DNA of 64,000 nucleotides from Stegostoma tigrinum. Its lineage: Eukaryota. The notes under the pieces were generated by a model that was not told the origin of the DNA, did no database searches, and saw only the letters and a program-made list of their open reading frames with translations. Position 1 is the stretch's first letter. Each line of letters starts with the position of its first letter. Below, piece after piece: positions 11,370 through 25,000 of the stretch. The stretch is taken from the NCBI RefSeq assembly GCF_030684315.1, contig NC_081356.1:26561197-26625196 (forward strand), read 5' to 3'. The position numbers and the translations under genes were made by a program.

Positions 11370-13402
11370 TGAGTGCGAGCAGCAGCGGAGGTAAGACGGA
11401 CATGGAAGACTGCAGCTAAGCGGGCAGTGGTGTTTTTCTCTTTCAGAGAAGGAGCGGGAGCAGCGGAGGAAGTGACGAGGACCAGTGGGGCAGCCGGGAA
11501 GGAAAGCAGGGACCATATATATCAGCAAGGCGGCTAAACCCGAGACGCTACAACTGTAGTGTCTCCCAACCGCCCTCCTCCTCTAACCTAGTTAATAAGG
11601 TAAGGTTCATTCTAAACTTTCTCTATTGAATATAAGTTTGTTATTAATTTGTTATTATTACTTGACGTAAGCTTTCTACTTTAGTACTGAGTGGGTGTTC
11701 AGATAAGTGGGGTATGGATGCTAGGGCAGTTGCTTGCTCCTCCTGCAGAATGTGGCAGTTGGGAGACGTGGCACACGTCTCCGCTGGCTACATCTGCGGG
11801 AAGTGCACCCAACTACAGCTCCTTGAAAACCGTGTTAGGGAAATGGAGCTGGAGCTGGATGAACTACGGATCATTCGGGAGGCAGAGGGGGTAATTGAGA
11901 GGAGTTACCGGGAGTTGGTCACTCCTAAGGGTCAGGACAAGGATAGATGGGTTACAGTTAGAGGGAGGAAAGGGGACAGGCAGACAGTGCAGAGATCCCC
12001 TGTGGGCATTCCCCTCAGCAATAAGTATACCGTTTTGGATACTGCTGGGGGGGGATGACCTACCAGAGGAAAGCCATAGTAGTCAGTTCTCTGGCACTGA
12101 GCCTGACACTGTGGCTAAGAAGGGAAGGGGGCAGAATAGAAAAGTACTCGTGGTAGGGGACTCGATAGTTAGGGGAATTGACAGGAGATTTTGTGGTCAG
12201 GATCGGGATTCCCGGAAGGTATGTTGCCTCCCTGGTGCCAGGGTCCGGGACGTCTCCGATCGGGTGTATAAGGTTCTAAAAGGGGAGGGCGAACAGCCAG
12301 AAATCGTGTTACATATTGGCACAAATAATATAGCCAGAAATAGGATTGAGGATATAAAAAGTGATTTCAGGGAGTTAGGATGGAAGCTGCAGAGCAGGAC
12401 GAACAGAGTAGTGTTCTCTGGTTTACTACCGATGCCACGAGATAGCGAGGCGAGGAACAGAGAGTGGGCGCAGCTGAACACGTGGCTACGCAGATGGTGT
12501 AGGAGAGAGGGCTTCAGATATGTAGATAATTGGGATGCCTTCTGGGGAAGGTGGGATCTGTACAAGAAGGACGGGTTGCATCTGAACTGGAAGGGGACCA
12601 ATGTCCTGGGTGGAAGGTTTGCTCGAGTAGTTCGAGAGGGTTTAAACTAGTATGGCAGGGGAGTGGGAACCTGAGCTGTATACCAGAGGTGAGAGTTGAT
12701 GCAGGTGAAGCAGTAGCAAGAGGTAGACTAGCTAGTGGGAAGGAACCAAGGGATCAGTTAAAGTGTGTTTGCTTTAATGCAAGGAGTATCAGGAATAAAA
12801 GTGATGAACTTAGAGCATGGATCAGTACCTGGTGCTATGATGTTGTGGCCATAACAGAGACATGGGTTTCTCATGGGCAGGAATGGTTGCTGGATGTTCC
12901 AGGGTTTAGAACATTTAAAAAGAATAGGGAGGGGGGAAAAAGAGGAGGGGGTGTAGCACTACTAATCAGAGGGTATCACAGCTACAGAAGCTTCCATTGT
13001 CGAGGAAGATCTGCCTACCGAGTCAGTATGGGTGGAAATTAGGAACAGCAAGGGAGCAGTCACGTCATTAGGGGTTTACTACAGGCCCCCCAATAGCAGC
13101 AGGGAGATTGAAGAAAGCATAGGTCGACAGATTTTGGAAAAGTGTGGACACAGTAGGGTTGTTGTAATGGGTGACTTTAACTTTCCTAATATTGATTGGA
13201 ACCTCCTTCGAGCAGAAGATTTGAATGGAGCTGTTTTTGTAAGGTGTGTTCAGGAGGGTTTCCTAACGCAGTACGTTGACAGGCCGACGAGGGGAGAGGC
13301 CATTCTAGACTTGGTGCTCGGAAACGAGCCGGGGCAGGTATCAGATCTTGTGGTGGGAGAGCATTTTGGTGATAGTGACCATAACTGCCTCACATTCTAC
13401 AT
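11370..13402 (+). mobile_element. CR1 LINE 5' portion in inverted orientation: 5'UTR, ORF1 (Zn-finger/coiled coil + SGNH esterase), ORF2 APE endonuclease
   Basis: ORF1 from 11714 (CxxC..CxxC + leucine zipper; GDS, GTNN, DGLH esterase blocks; frameshift in the G-run near 12050). Endonuclease motifs NARS, ITETW, YRPP, GDFN, LDLVL, SDHN at ~12760-13400. Confidence 0.95.
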
Positions 13403-13943
13403 GTAAAACAGATATAAATGTTAAAATTTCAAAATGAATACTTTCACGTTCTCAACACTGCTAATGATACTGCACATATTAGAAAAAAGAAATCAGCTAC
13501 TCTAAAATCAAACCATACATGCCTTGGGAAGAGATTCAAGTGCATTGAGATTTTAAATAAAAACAAAGTGGTATTTTCATTGGAAAACTTTAACTCTTGT
13601 GCAGCACTAAAGATCCAAATAATACTCAGTCTACGGAAGATTTAAGTAAATACAAATTCAGCAGGTACCATCTGTACTGTAAGGTGCAATAAAGAAAATT
13701 CGACACCAGCTTGACATCACAATTTGTTTGTTTGTTTGTTTCCTACCCCCCCAAAAATGCTAGAAAGTCAGACAGTACATTAGACTACATAAATTGCAAG
13801 TACTGCAGATAAAAAGAGAGTGTTAAATGGTCTCACACAAGTTAAAAAAAGTGTTTATCTAGTTATATTACTCCATATTTATTTTTCAAAAGAAAAATAT
13901 GTTCATCTATAGCAAAATCACACGTTTAATCACGTTTACATAC

Positions 13944-14061
13944 CTCTGTTGAAACTACAAACATAGTGTACAAAAAGATGAGGTTGTGTCTGGTAATAGG
14001 CAGATAATTCATCTGTTGAAAAGTAAAGAGTACAGCTCCTATCAGAGTTACCTTTGTTCCG
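13944..14061 (-). CDS. TMEM38B: TMEM38B coding exon 5
   Basis: Acceptor TTTCTGTTACAG|, 118 nt, (Y)GTKVTLIGAVLFTFQQMNYLPITRHNLIFLYTMFVVSTE, donor GAG|GTATGT. Confidence 0.95.
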
Positions 14062-15251
14062 CTGTAACAGAAAAAGTTTAATTAGTATACATATCAGAAC
14101 AGAAACTCTTCCAGTGTGACTCCACAAAGAGAACAACATAACTCTTCTGGTGCCCAACTCTGTCTGCTATTCAACATCAGTGTTAATAAGTTGGAGTTTT
14201 TGTGCCTAGTTACAAACTTGGACTAGGTATTACCAACATCCACAAGTGTGCATTGTCTGGTAGGAGCAGAATCCTCGTTAATCTTTTCCCTCCCTCTGTG
14301 GTTCTGAGAAATAAGATCTTTGGAGCATCTTGGAACACAACAGTACTACAAGTGCTTTCAATCAGCTCTCTAGGTGAGAAAATCATGCTCAGCAGAAGCA
14401 AGCATGCTTCTCTAGATCACCAGAAATACTCTATATTATGATCCAAAATTTAAAATAGCTCAACATTTTCCATATAAAGGTTCGCAAAGGTGTAGTTTTC
14501 TAACTGCTTTTTTGTAACATTTCTATCTTAAATATAATCTCAAATGAAATTATCAACATGCCAATCTACATTAAGCAGTCAACAACCAAGTGATGTATTT
14601 CAGCAGACAAAACATAAGTGTGCTCTTTTAAAACTATGTTCAAAGTCACATCCGGAAGTGGAATCAGCTTTAAAATTCCAGTAGAGTCATTTACTGGTAA
14701 CTGTTAATTGTGCAGAATTTCAGTAGTTGACAAAAGTCGAGAGACAATGGAATACCATGCTTGGAAAAGGGATGAGAGGAGCAATATAGATTAGGTAACT
14801 TAAAGCATGCAATATCTGAAGGCTAAAATGTAGCTGGAATAAGGTATAATGTCAAAATCTCAACATAGCAAAAGGTAACTTCCAAAAACCTTGTTATGTA
14901 ATATACAGTTTTTTTCAGAAAAACAAAAGATCAGACTCAAAACAATTTTTTTTGAATTAAAAAAAAGGTCTTGTATCTGTGTTGTTGTCTCTTCGTAAGG
15001 TGACAGGTTCTTCCATTCATACTTTGAAAAGTGGGATTGAACACGATATCTTTTGCACTGACCAGAGAGAAAGTAAATAATTTGTATATAGGTGTTGGAT
15101 CCTTACTATTCCAGGCTTGATATTAATTGATGTTTTCTAGCAATTTTGGATTTTCAGGCTCCAATCAAGCTTTTTCAATGGCTTCTTTTTCATCGTTACT
15201 TCAGTGCAGAACTGGTTAGAACGAATTAATAATTTTAAAACCACTACGTAC

Positions 15252-15339
15252 TAGGACATTCTCAGCAACTCATTTCTCTCAGGTATCCAGACACCCCGCA
15301 CTAGTTGTTCAAAGTTAGCTATTAGCCCAGAACCAGCAC
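15252..15339 (-). CDS. TMEM38B: TMEM38B coding exon 4
   Basis: Acceptor TTTTTCCACAG|, 88 nt, (G)AGSGLIANFEQLVRGVWIPERNELLRMS(Y), donor TA|GTACGT. Confidence 0.95.
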
Positions 15340-15664
15340 CTGTGGAAAAAGAAATTTTGTACATACTAAACCAGAAACATATCATTTGAAAAAAAAAACT
15401 TAATTGGAAATAGACTGCATTGATTCTCACAAAGAGGCGATATTAGCAGTGACAGTAGTGATTGCAGCATGGTAATTAATTAAAAGACTAATGTCATTCA
15501 GCAGTCCTCCTAATTTCTATCAGGTACAGGAGGCCATTGGTGCCAATTGAATGGTTGCCAGAACGTTAATTAAGTGCGTTAAGAACTGAAAGGCAGGGGC
15601 AAAAATAAACAAACAATAAAGTTCAAACCTGACGAGGTAGAGCCAAGAATGAAATGCTACGCAC

Positions 15665-15849
15665 CTTTTGCCCATCCAACAGCAATCACTGCAAGCCAAC
15701 CATTTCTGTAGCGACTATGTGCATCCATTACACCTGCAACAATTTTGCGGGCTCTTGTCACTTCTTTCATACCGGCAATAAATAACTTAGATGGTAAAAA
15801 ATTGCAGCATTTGTAGAACTTGTCATATGGACAGTAGAATATCAAATAC
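15665..15849 (-). CDS. TMEM38B: TMEM38B coding exon 3
   Basis: Acceptor TTTTTAG|, 185 nt, (W)YLIFYCPYDKFYKCCNFLPSKLFIAGMKEVTRARKIVAGVMDAHSRYRNGWLAVIAVGWAK(G), containing the TRIC KEVxR motif. Donor G|GTGCGT. Confidence 0.95.
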
Positions 15850-18159
15850 CTAAAAATATTTAAAAATATAAAGCAGGATGAGGACTGGAGATTTTATTCC
15901 CCCAGAGCACAATGTATAACTTGACAATGATTTTACTTCAAAATTGTAAAATTCAAGTGTGATTACATTTTCATAAGATTCATTTGACTCAATTTTTTTT
16001 CTCCTCACTCCCACTCTTTAAAACATCACCCATGCTGCAGTACTGATCCATAAGCACTGGTCATCTTTCCATAGACGAACCAAGCACACATTCATGAATT
16101 AGTCTCGGTTATGCGAAATGTTTGCCTCCATCAAAAAAGAAATGTGTACTTTTCTACAAGGATACAGAGAAGTAGCAGCAACTCAACTTGGATCTTTTCT
16201 GTCTGGCCATCTGGTAAGATAACTGACCAGTACAATGTAATGGAGCTCCTCCATTCAGTTCAGCGTAATTCAAAAAAATATAGTTTCATTTTCTGCTTTG
16301 CTACAGTTTCAAAAGAAAGCATACTGAAATCAAGCATTCAAGAATACATCTAGATTATTCAGGTGGATGGGTGACTGCTATAATTTATAAATGATCACAA
16401 ACCCAATGCCCTTTAAATCAGAGAGATCAATGTTGTTTGGTTTTAAAAAATCCAAAACAGTAATTAAACAAATACTCTAAATTATGGTCACCAAGCATAA
16501 AGTTAAAGAAAACGGAAAATCATCTCTTTAAAAATTAGTGTCCAGTGTGATCTCAGCTACTTCAAACTCCTCAAAGTGATATTTTAAAAATTATTAGTTT
16601 ATTGGATGTGGACATTGATGGCTAGGCCAGTATTTGTTGCTTGTTCTAATTACCCTGGAGATGGCGATAATGAGCCTCCTTCTTGACCTGTTGCAGTCTT
16701 AGAGAGAGGCAGAGACACCAGCATGCGGCTAATTTTTACCCAGCCTTAAATGAAGGAATAGCAATATAGTTCAGAGTCAGGATCAAGTGCGACTTGGAGG
16801 GTTCTTGCAAGAGGTGATGAATCTGCTACCCTGGCTCATTCCAGCAGCAGACGTCACAGGTTTATAAAACGCTGTTGGAGGAATCGTGATCTGCTGCTGC
16901 AGTACATCTTGAGTATGACAAGTGCTGTGCATCGACTTTTAAGGGGCTGAATGTTCAAAGCTGTGATTATGATTCCAATCAAGCGGGTTACTTTTCCCAG
17001 GATAGTGTCAAGCTTGAGTGTTGTTGGTGTTACTGTCGTACAAGCAAATGGAAAGTATTTTATCACACTCCTGAATTGAGCCTGTTGGTAGTGGAATGTT
17101 GCTGGGGAGACCAGAAGTGACCTGCTCATTTCAGATTTCCTAGCCAGTTTCGTGTTCTTGTAACCACAGCATTTTATGGCCAGTTCTGTTTCTGGTCAAT
17201 GGTAAGTCCTCAATGTTAATAGTGGGAATTCAGCAACAGTAATGCCACTGACCATCAAGATACACTGATTAGATTATCTCTTGCTGGAGACGGTCAATGC
17301 CTGTCACTTATTTGGCACAATTTTTACTTACTAGCCCAAGCCTGCATGCTGTCCAGATTTTGCTGCATATGGAAACTGGCTGCTTTAGTATCTGAAGAGT
17401 TGAAAACATCCCCATCTATAGCCTTATACTGGTGGGAAAGTCACTAATGAAGTTGGATCTGAGACTCTATCCTGAGGAACTCCTGCAGTGATATTCTTTG
17501 GTAAAGATGACTGACCTGTAACAACCACAACCGTCTTCCTTCCTTTCTTTTAGAAAATCCTAAAGGTACCCATCAGGAAATGAAGAGAATAATAAAAACA
17601 AACAAAATTCTATGGTACCCAAAGAGAATGCAAAAGTGGCTATGACAGTAATCGTTTTATCATCCTCAAAATGTAGAGGTTGTGCTAGACGTCTAAACCT
17701 TTCCCAGTGAGAGTCAGCTCCAGATACTTAGACTACTTCGGGAAATGACTCAAATCACAAAATCCTGTTTACAATTGAATCAGAGAAGATATCAATAGCA
17801 AACTTCCATTGGACATTTTGAGAAAACAAAAGCTGTTTGAAACAATTTGACGAGATGTTTATTGACAGTGTTAAAGATGTGCAGTATTAAGACAAGAATG
17901 CTTCGGAAGTTGGCCAGATGACAGAAAATAATAATGATGTGCAGATAGTCTGTGGACTTAAAAATGCTCCACAATACTTAAAACAAAAACAACTTGCAAC
18001 TGACATTAAAACACAGGGCACTGTAAAGACAAATACAGAAAACTGGAGAAGATGAACAGGTTGGTAGGTACAGCAAACAAGTAGTTCTGTAATACATTTG
18101 ATCCCTGAGTGCTATTACATTTTGAAAAGAACTGACAGATGATACATAATAGAGAATAC

Positions 18160-18812
18160 ATACAACCTCTAAACATTTTCCTCGGTGGCCGCGAGGGTTC
18201 CATTCCTGAAAACGCCTGTGAACGATGAACTCGCGAGCGTGGAGCTTAATAACTTATGGGAAAAATAGAATTAGGTTCTTGGACTTTAAGATTGTTACTT
18301 TTCGTCTATTACTTTTGGGATTTCTTTGTGTTCGAATAATAAACACTAAAACATCTGAAATAAGAGTTAAATATTAATAGAATAAAATGTTAGAAACAAT
18401 TCTAGTGAATTGAAACTTACCGATAAAGGCAAGACGTTCTCCGTGGCATGGCCAGGAGTTGTTGGGGTGAGGTTATGGTTGGCTACTGAGTGGGGGAAGC
18501 GGTGAACATTGCAGACTTGGCTCACTCGCAGCCATTCTCCCCCAATGATGCACCCTCATTTTCCTCCTTCATCCCACAAATGTCTTCAATCTATGCTTCC
18601 TCCCGAGCACCTAAGCACTTGTTCGTGGAGGATTGAAGAGAAGGGCTGCATAGTGTAAGGGGTCGGACAGCAAGAGCGAGATTGCTGCTCAAGTAAAATG
18701 GTTGCTGTTTGGTGAGCTTTGCTCATGGATTTTGAATGATTCGTTGCTTATTTTTTGGGAGAAGCATGCAAATTCACGATGTGAGTTTGTGGATGTGGAA
18801 AAATGGCTGTAT
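18160..18812. mobile_element. possible degenerate Tigger/pogo-type non-autonomous DNA transposon
   Basis: Begins TACAACC...GCGAGGGTTCCATTCC...CTCGCGA and ends GCAAATTCACGATGTGAG...GGCTGTA, with TA at both ends. The TIR match is poor. Confidence 0.35.
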
Positions 18813-19509
18813 ATGTACGCAGGTAATTTCCATTTCAAACCCACATCTCAAAGGTCGCACACAGACTACAACCTATTCAACCATGACAGTCACATCAACT
18901 TCACTGACACATTTGCCTTTCCCTTGCAGGACAGGGTGACAAATAACCAGAGATGACAGTACCTAATGTGTCCAAATGTCCGTGAAGAGGGTGCTGGCCT
19001 GTTGTGGGGTACCCGATGCTTAGGTCATGGCCTGCTGTGGAGTTGAAACTATTCAAGATGACAGTATTCTCGTACCTAATCCTCTTTCCCTTATCCTGCA
19101 CTCACTTTTATGTTACAAGCTACAGATGATTTAAACATCTCAAAACCCTCCTCTCTCAACCTACTCTTTTTTTTAGATTTTAGATATCCAAGAAGTGCCT
19201 CTTGACAAAGCAGAGAAGAAACACCAAGGTGGCAGTGAAGAAAGTACACTGGTCCTCAATTTCACTGTCACAGCAATCACCTTACATATTGATATTGTAT
19301 ATTATGTGCTGCACGTGCACCACTAACACAGGATTCTCACATAAAGCAACATCAGGCTTAAGGTATGCTGAAAGTGAGGCAAGAAGCCAAAATTACAAAG
19401 ACAGGGTGTCATCTCGGAATGAGAATTCTGCTGTAGACAATTCAAGTGAGAATTTCAACATGCAGCCTACAACGAACACCGACGGGGTAGAGATGAACCA
19501 GTAAATTAG

Positions 19510-20765
19510 ACTGTTGAGTCTCACAGCAGTAAACTAATGTCCCTTGAAAAGGCATGGGTTAATTAGGGGTAGTCAACATGGCTTTGTCAGTGGAACGTCA
19601 TGCTGGAAAATTTGTTAGAATTTTTTGAAAACGTGATCACTGTGAGGGAAGTTCAGTTGATGTGGTTTTCTGGATTTTAGCGAAGCTTTTGACGAGGTCC
19701 TACATGTGAGACTGATTGAGAAGGTTAAAGTAGATGAAATTGAGGGAAACTTGGTAGAAGATTGTTTGAGTGACTGATATACCGCAAGGATCAGTATTCA
19801 AACCCTTATTATTTGTTATATACACAGACACACACAAATGATATAGATGAAAATGTGGAGGGAATGTTAAGCAAATTTGCAGATTTCATGAAGATTGGTA
19901 CAATGGTTAATAGCAAAGATGGCTGCATGCTGCAGGAAGATATATTTAGGTTGGTCAGATGGGCAGACAGAATTTAATCCTAATAAGTGGGAGGTAACGC
20001 ACTTTGGAAGAAGAAATAAGATGTGGAAGCATTTAATGAACTAGCAGGACATTAGAGAGCTTAGAGGAACAGAGGGATTTTGGGATAATTACTCAGATCC
20101 CTGAAGTCAGCAGAGCACATGAATAGGATAGGGACGACAGCATATGGAACACTTGCTTTCATCAGTCGTGGCATACAGTATAAGAGCAAGGAGCTAATGT
20201 TGGGGTTGTACAGAGTGTTGGTCAGGCACAGTATTGAGTACTGGTCACTTCACTGAAGGAAGGATGTGACAGCACTAAAGCGAGGTACCGAGGAGGTTCA
20301 CCAAGACATTGTCTGGGGTGAAGAAATTGAGTTATAGGGAGAGATTGGATAAGTTTGAATTATTTTCTTTAGAGGAGAGAAAACTGAGGGGGGACATGAT
20401 TAAAGTGTATAATACTATGAGGGGTATGGACAGGTGAATAGACAGCAGCTGTTTCCTTGGTTCAGGGGTCAATCAGATGATGGCACAGCCTAGGATAAGG
20501 GGCAGGAGATTCAGATACAATTTGGGAAAAAAAAATCTTCACTCAGCAGGTGCTGAGAATCTGGAATGTACTGAGTAGGAAAGTAGCAGGAGCTGAAAAC
20601 CTTGCAAAGTTTAGAAAAAAAATGCGTACTTCTAAATATTGTAACATTCAAGGACAGGGGACAAGTACAGGAAATTTGGATCACCGCGCTTTTAATGGCA
20701 CTTATGTTGATGCAGACATCTCAGGTCAAAGGGCCTTTTCTGCACTATATGAATCTATGAATCCT
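19510..20765 (+). mobile_element. degenerate CR1 LINE 3' fragment
   Basis: CAACATGGCTTTGT (QHGF), GCTTTTGACGAGGT (AFDxV) and AGCAAATTTGCAGAT (SKFAD) remnants; tail TATGAATCTATGAAT. Confidence 0.8.
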
Positions 20766-22043
20766 AACTAAAGCACATTCCCCCATAATGTTCTTCTGAG
20801 GTTCAAGAAGGCAAATTATCCCCTGAACACACTAGACAGATGGTTGGTATCCAGGGCTCAAAATACATAGATAACAGCTGGCACATTTGTCCGCAAGAGC
20901 AGCAATAATAAGGGGAAAAAACATCCTCTGAAAAATCAAAGACAGGCTAGAAAAATTCAAAATAGAGAAAAGTCACCTAGTCTTTTGAATTCCAAATGGT
21001 GTTGAGCAATTGATTATGCAAGCATAAGAGAGAGATAAAATAAAAAGAGTTGTGGCTGGAGGAGCACTGAGCAAGGCAGAGTGAGGATCTACTCCTCTAA
21101 TCATAGTCTGTCTCTACCAGGCTTCTGGCTTCAAATTCTTCAGAGGTTCCCTCAATCCTGTTCGTCCAGAGAGGGAAGCTAAAACTGGAGGAGCAGTAAG
21201 TGCTGAAGAGATGGAACCAATAATTTGAAATCAAGCAACAGCCATTCCGGCTGGTCATGTATGGCTGTCACGTGGGAGACTTTCAGCTGTGTCATCGACA
21301 ATCACTTAGGCCACCTGCAGGATGATTAGTCCGACCTGATCCACAAGCACTAGAAGCAAAGCAGCAGCAGCAAAAACAAGATAAGAACTAAATAGGAGGG
21401 GCGGGGGGCAAGATGCAGCTAAAAATCATGAACGAGACCAAAAGCAGTTGCATGGGAATCATCTGTACTGAGAATAGAATAATGGGTAGTAGACAGCTGA
21501 GAGAAGGTCCATCCATTTGAATTTTCCTGTAATTCTGTGTTGGTGGTGTGTGGGGAGGCAATGACAAACGTGAATATAAATTATCAATCATGCATAAATT
21601 CATCCAGTGTGTTAATAACGTCAGTAAACCTGTCCATTTTCTGATTCATTACAAATTCTAATCATTTGACACAATGAGTCTTATCTTGGTTTATAATTGC
21701 AAATTGGCAATGTATTTAAAATTCACACTGCAGTGAAAATGTCAAGGAACCAAGAAACAATAGCATACTGAGCTCATGTCAACTTCTTTGAATGCCTGGA
21801 CTGAGCCACACTGCCTTCGTAAGTGATGAACAGAGACTCTTCAGATGGCAAGCTCAGCTTATGGCATGTGACACATTGTTACCATGGCCTTCATCCTGTA
21901 TTACATGTACTACCTGCATACACAGTCTGGCTGTTTGGTATTTGTAGTGCATAAAAAAGGAATTTCCCAAAACATGAAACACAAATATACAAAGTGGCAG
22001 TCACATAATGGCATCATTTAATAAAGGAATTGATGGAAAGTTT

Positions 22044-25000
22044 TGTTTTTATTTATTCATTTGTGGGATGTGAACATTTCTGGCTGGTCAGCATTAAATT
22101 GCCCATTCCTACTTGCTCTGGAGAAAGTGGCGGTGAGCTGCTGCAGTCCACCGAATGTGAGTTGACCCACAGTGCCATTAGGGAGGAAATTCCAGCATTT
22201 TGATCCAGCCAGTGAAGGAATGGCAATATATTTCCAAGTCAGCATGGTGAGCAACTTGGAGGGGAACTTGTAGGTGGTGGTGTTCCCATACATCTGCTGC
22301 CCTTGGCCTTCCAGCTTGGAGTGGTTGTGGGTTTGGAAGGTGTTGAGTATATTTGGTGAATTTCAGCAGTGTATTTTGTAGATGGTACACACTGTTGCTG
22401 CTGAGTGTCGGTGGTGGAGGAAGTGCCAAATCAAGCGACTGCTTTGTTCTGGATGGTGTCAAGCTTCGTAAGTATTGTCGGGACTGCTCTCATGGAGGCA
22501 AGTAGGGAGTATTCCATCACAGTCCTGACTTGAGCCTCACAGATGGTGGACAGGCTTTGAGAAATCAGGAGGTGAGTAATTTGCTGCAGTATTCCTAGCT
22601 TTTGGCCTGCTCTTGTAGTCACCATGTTTAAATGGTGAGTTGAGTTGAGTTTCTGGTCAATTGTAACCCCCATGATGTTGGCAGTGGGCGATTCAATGAT
22701 GGTTACACCATTGAATGCCAAGGGGTGGTGGTTAGATTATCGCTTATTTATGATGGTCACAGCCTGGCATTTGTGTGGCGCAAATGTTACTTGCCACTTG
22801 TCACCTCAAGCCTGATACTGTCCCAATTTTTTTGCATTTGAGCATGGAGTGCTTCATTATTTGACAAGTCGTGAATGACGCTGAACATTACGTAATCATC
22901 GGTGAACATCCCCACTTTGACCTTTGACGGGAACGTCATTGATTAAACAGTGAAGATGTTGGGCTGAGAACATGACCCTGAGGAACTCCAGCAGAGACGT
23001 CCTGGAGCTGAGATGATTGACCTCAACAGCCGCGACCATCTTCCTACGTGTGAGGTATGACATAAAACCACCGGAGAGTTTGTCCCCAATACCCACTGAT
23101 TCCAGTTTTGCTAGGGCTCCTTGATACCACACCCAGTTGAATGCCAAGGCTGTCAAGGGCTGTTATTCTCATCTCACCTCTAGAATTCACCTTTTTTCTC
23201 CATGTTTGAACTAAAGCTGTAAGGAGGTCAGGAGGTGAATGGCCCTGGCAGAACCCAAACTGTGCGTCACTGAGGAGGTGCTGCTTGATAGTGCTGTCAA
23301 TGACACGTTCCAGCACTTTATTGATGATCAGGTGTAGACTGATGGGACAGTAATTGGCCAGGTTGGAATTGTCCTGCTTTTTATGTACAGGACATACTTG
23401 GGCAATTTTTTGGCTAAGGGAGTAGCAAGTCCTGTAGCACAAATCTTCAGTACTATTGCCAGAATGCTGTCAGGGCCTGTGGCCTTTGCAGTATACAGCG
23501 TCTCCAACCGTTTCTTGAAATCACGTGGAGTGAATCGAATTGGCTGAATTCTGGTATCTGTAATGCTAGGGACCACTGGAGGAGGCAGAGATGGGTCATC
23601 CATTGGCGCCTCTGGCTGAAGGTTGCTGTGAAACCTTTAGCTGGGGTCTTCTCTTATAGAGGATAGGGATACTTGTGGAGCCTCCTCCTTCAGCGAGTTG
23701 TTTAATTGTCCACCACTATTCACGACGAGATGTAGCATGACTACAGAGCTTAGATCTGATCCTTGGTTGGGGGATCACTCAGCTCTGTCTATCACTTGTT
23801 GCTTATACTGTTTGGTGGCTCACCAGATTGACACGTCATCTTCAGGTATACCTGGTGCTGCTCCTGGCATACCCTCCTACACACTCCAACAAACCAGGGA
23901 TAGCCAATGGCTTGATGGTAACAGTTGAGTGGAGGATATGCCAGGCCAGGACTGTGCCCAGAGTAAAATTCTGCTGCTGCTGAAGGCCCATTGCACCTCA
24001 TGGATACGCGGTCTGGAGGTGCTAGATCTGTGTGAAGTCTGATCTATTCAGCGTGGTGTTAGTGCCACACAACACGATGGAGGTTATTCTCGATGAGAAG
24101 GCGAGGCTTCGTCTCCACAAAGACTCTGCGGTGGTCAGCCTTACTGATACTGTCACGGACAGATGCAACTGCAGCTGGCAGATTGGTAAGGATGAAATAA
24201 AGTACAATTTTTGTTCCCCCCTCTTGTTGGTTGTCTCTCCACCTGCTGCAGGCCCAGTCTAGCAGCCACGTCCTGTAGGACCCAACCAGCTCGATCAGGA
24301 AGACTGCTACTTTGTCACTCATGGTGTGGTCACTGAAATCCTCCGTCCACAGTACATTTTGTGCCCTTGCTATCGCCAGTGCTTCCTCCAAGTGCTGTTC
24401 AACATGGAGGAGTACTGATTCATCACCAGAGGGAGGATGGTGTGCAGTAGTCAGTAAGAGATTTCCTTGCCCATGTTTAACCTGAAGACATGAGACTTCA
24501 TGAGATTTAGCGTCAACATTGAGGACTCCCAGAGCTATTCCCTCCTGACTGTATACCACTGAGCTGCCATCTCTGCTAGTCGGTCCTGCTGGAGAGACAG
24601 GACATATCCAGGGATGGTGATGGTGATGTCTAGGACATTGTCTGAAAGGTGTGATTTTGTGAATATGACTATGTCAGGAGACATCTCTCACAATTTTGGC
24701 ACTAGCCCCTAGATGTTAGTGAGGAGGACTTTGCAGGGCTTTTTAGGGCTGTTTCCATTGTTGTGTTTTCTGCCTAGGTCTAAGGCAGGTGATCTGTCCG
24801 GTTTCAATTCTTTGAGACTTTGTAGCGAATGGTATAACTGAATGGCTTGCTAGGCCATTTCAGACAGCAAATGTGAGTCAACCGCACTACAGTGCGTCTG
24901 GAGTCATGTTTGGGCCAGATCAGGTGAGGATGACAGATTTCCTTCCTGGAAGGGCATCAGTGAACCAGAGGGGTTTTTCCGATAATCAACGATTTCATGG

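Noticed and set aside
10130-12601. Long overlapping ORFs opposite the CR1 ORFs (e.g. 10200-10715, 10974-11372, 12197-12601)
   Set aside because: Antisense shadows of LINE coding sequence with no independent motifs.
9590-13420. Target-site duplication around the inverted CR1
   Set aside because: No matching direct repeat found at the two flanks.
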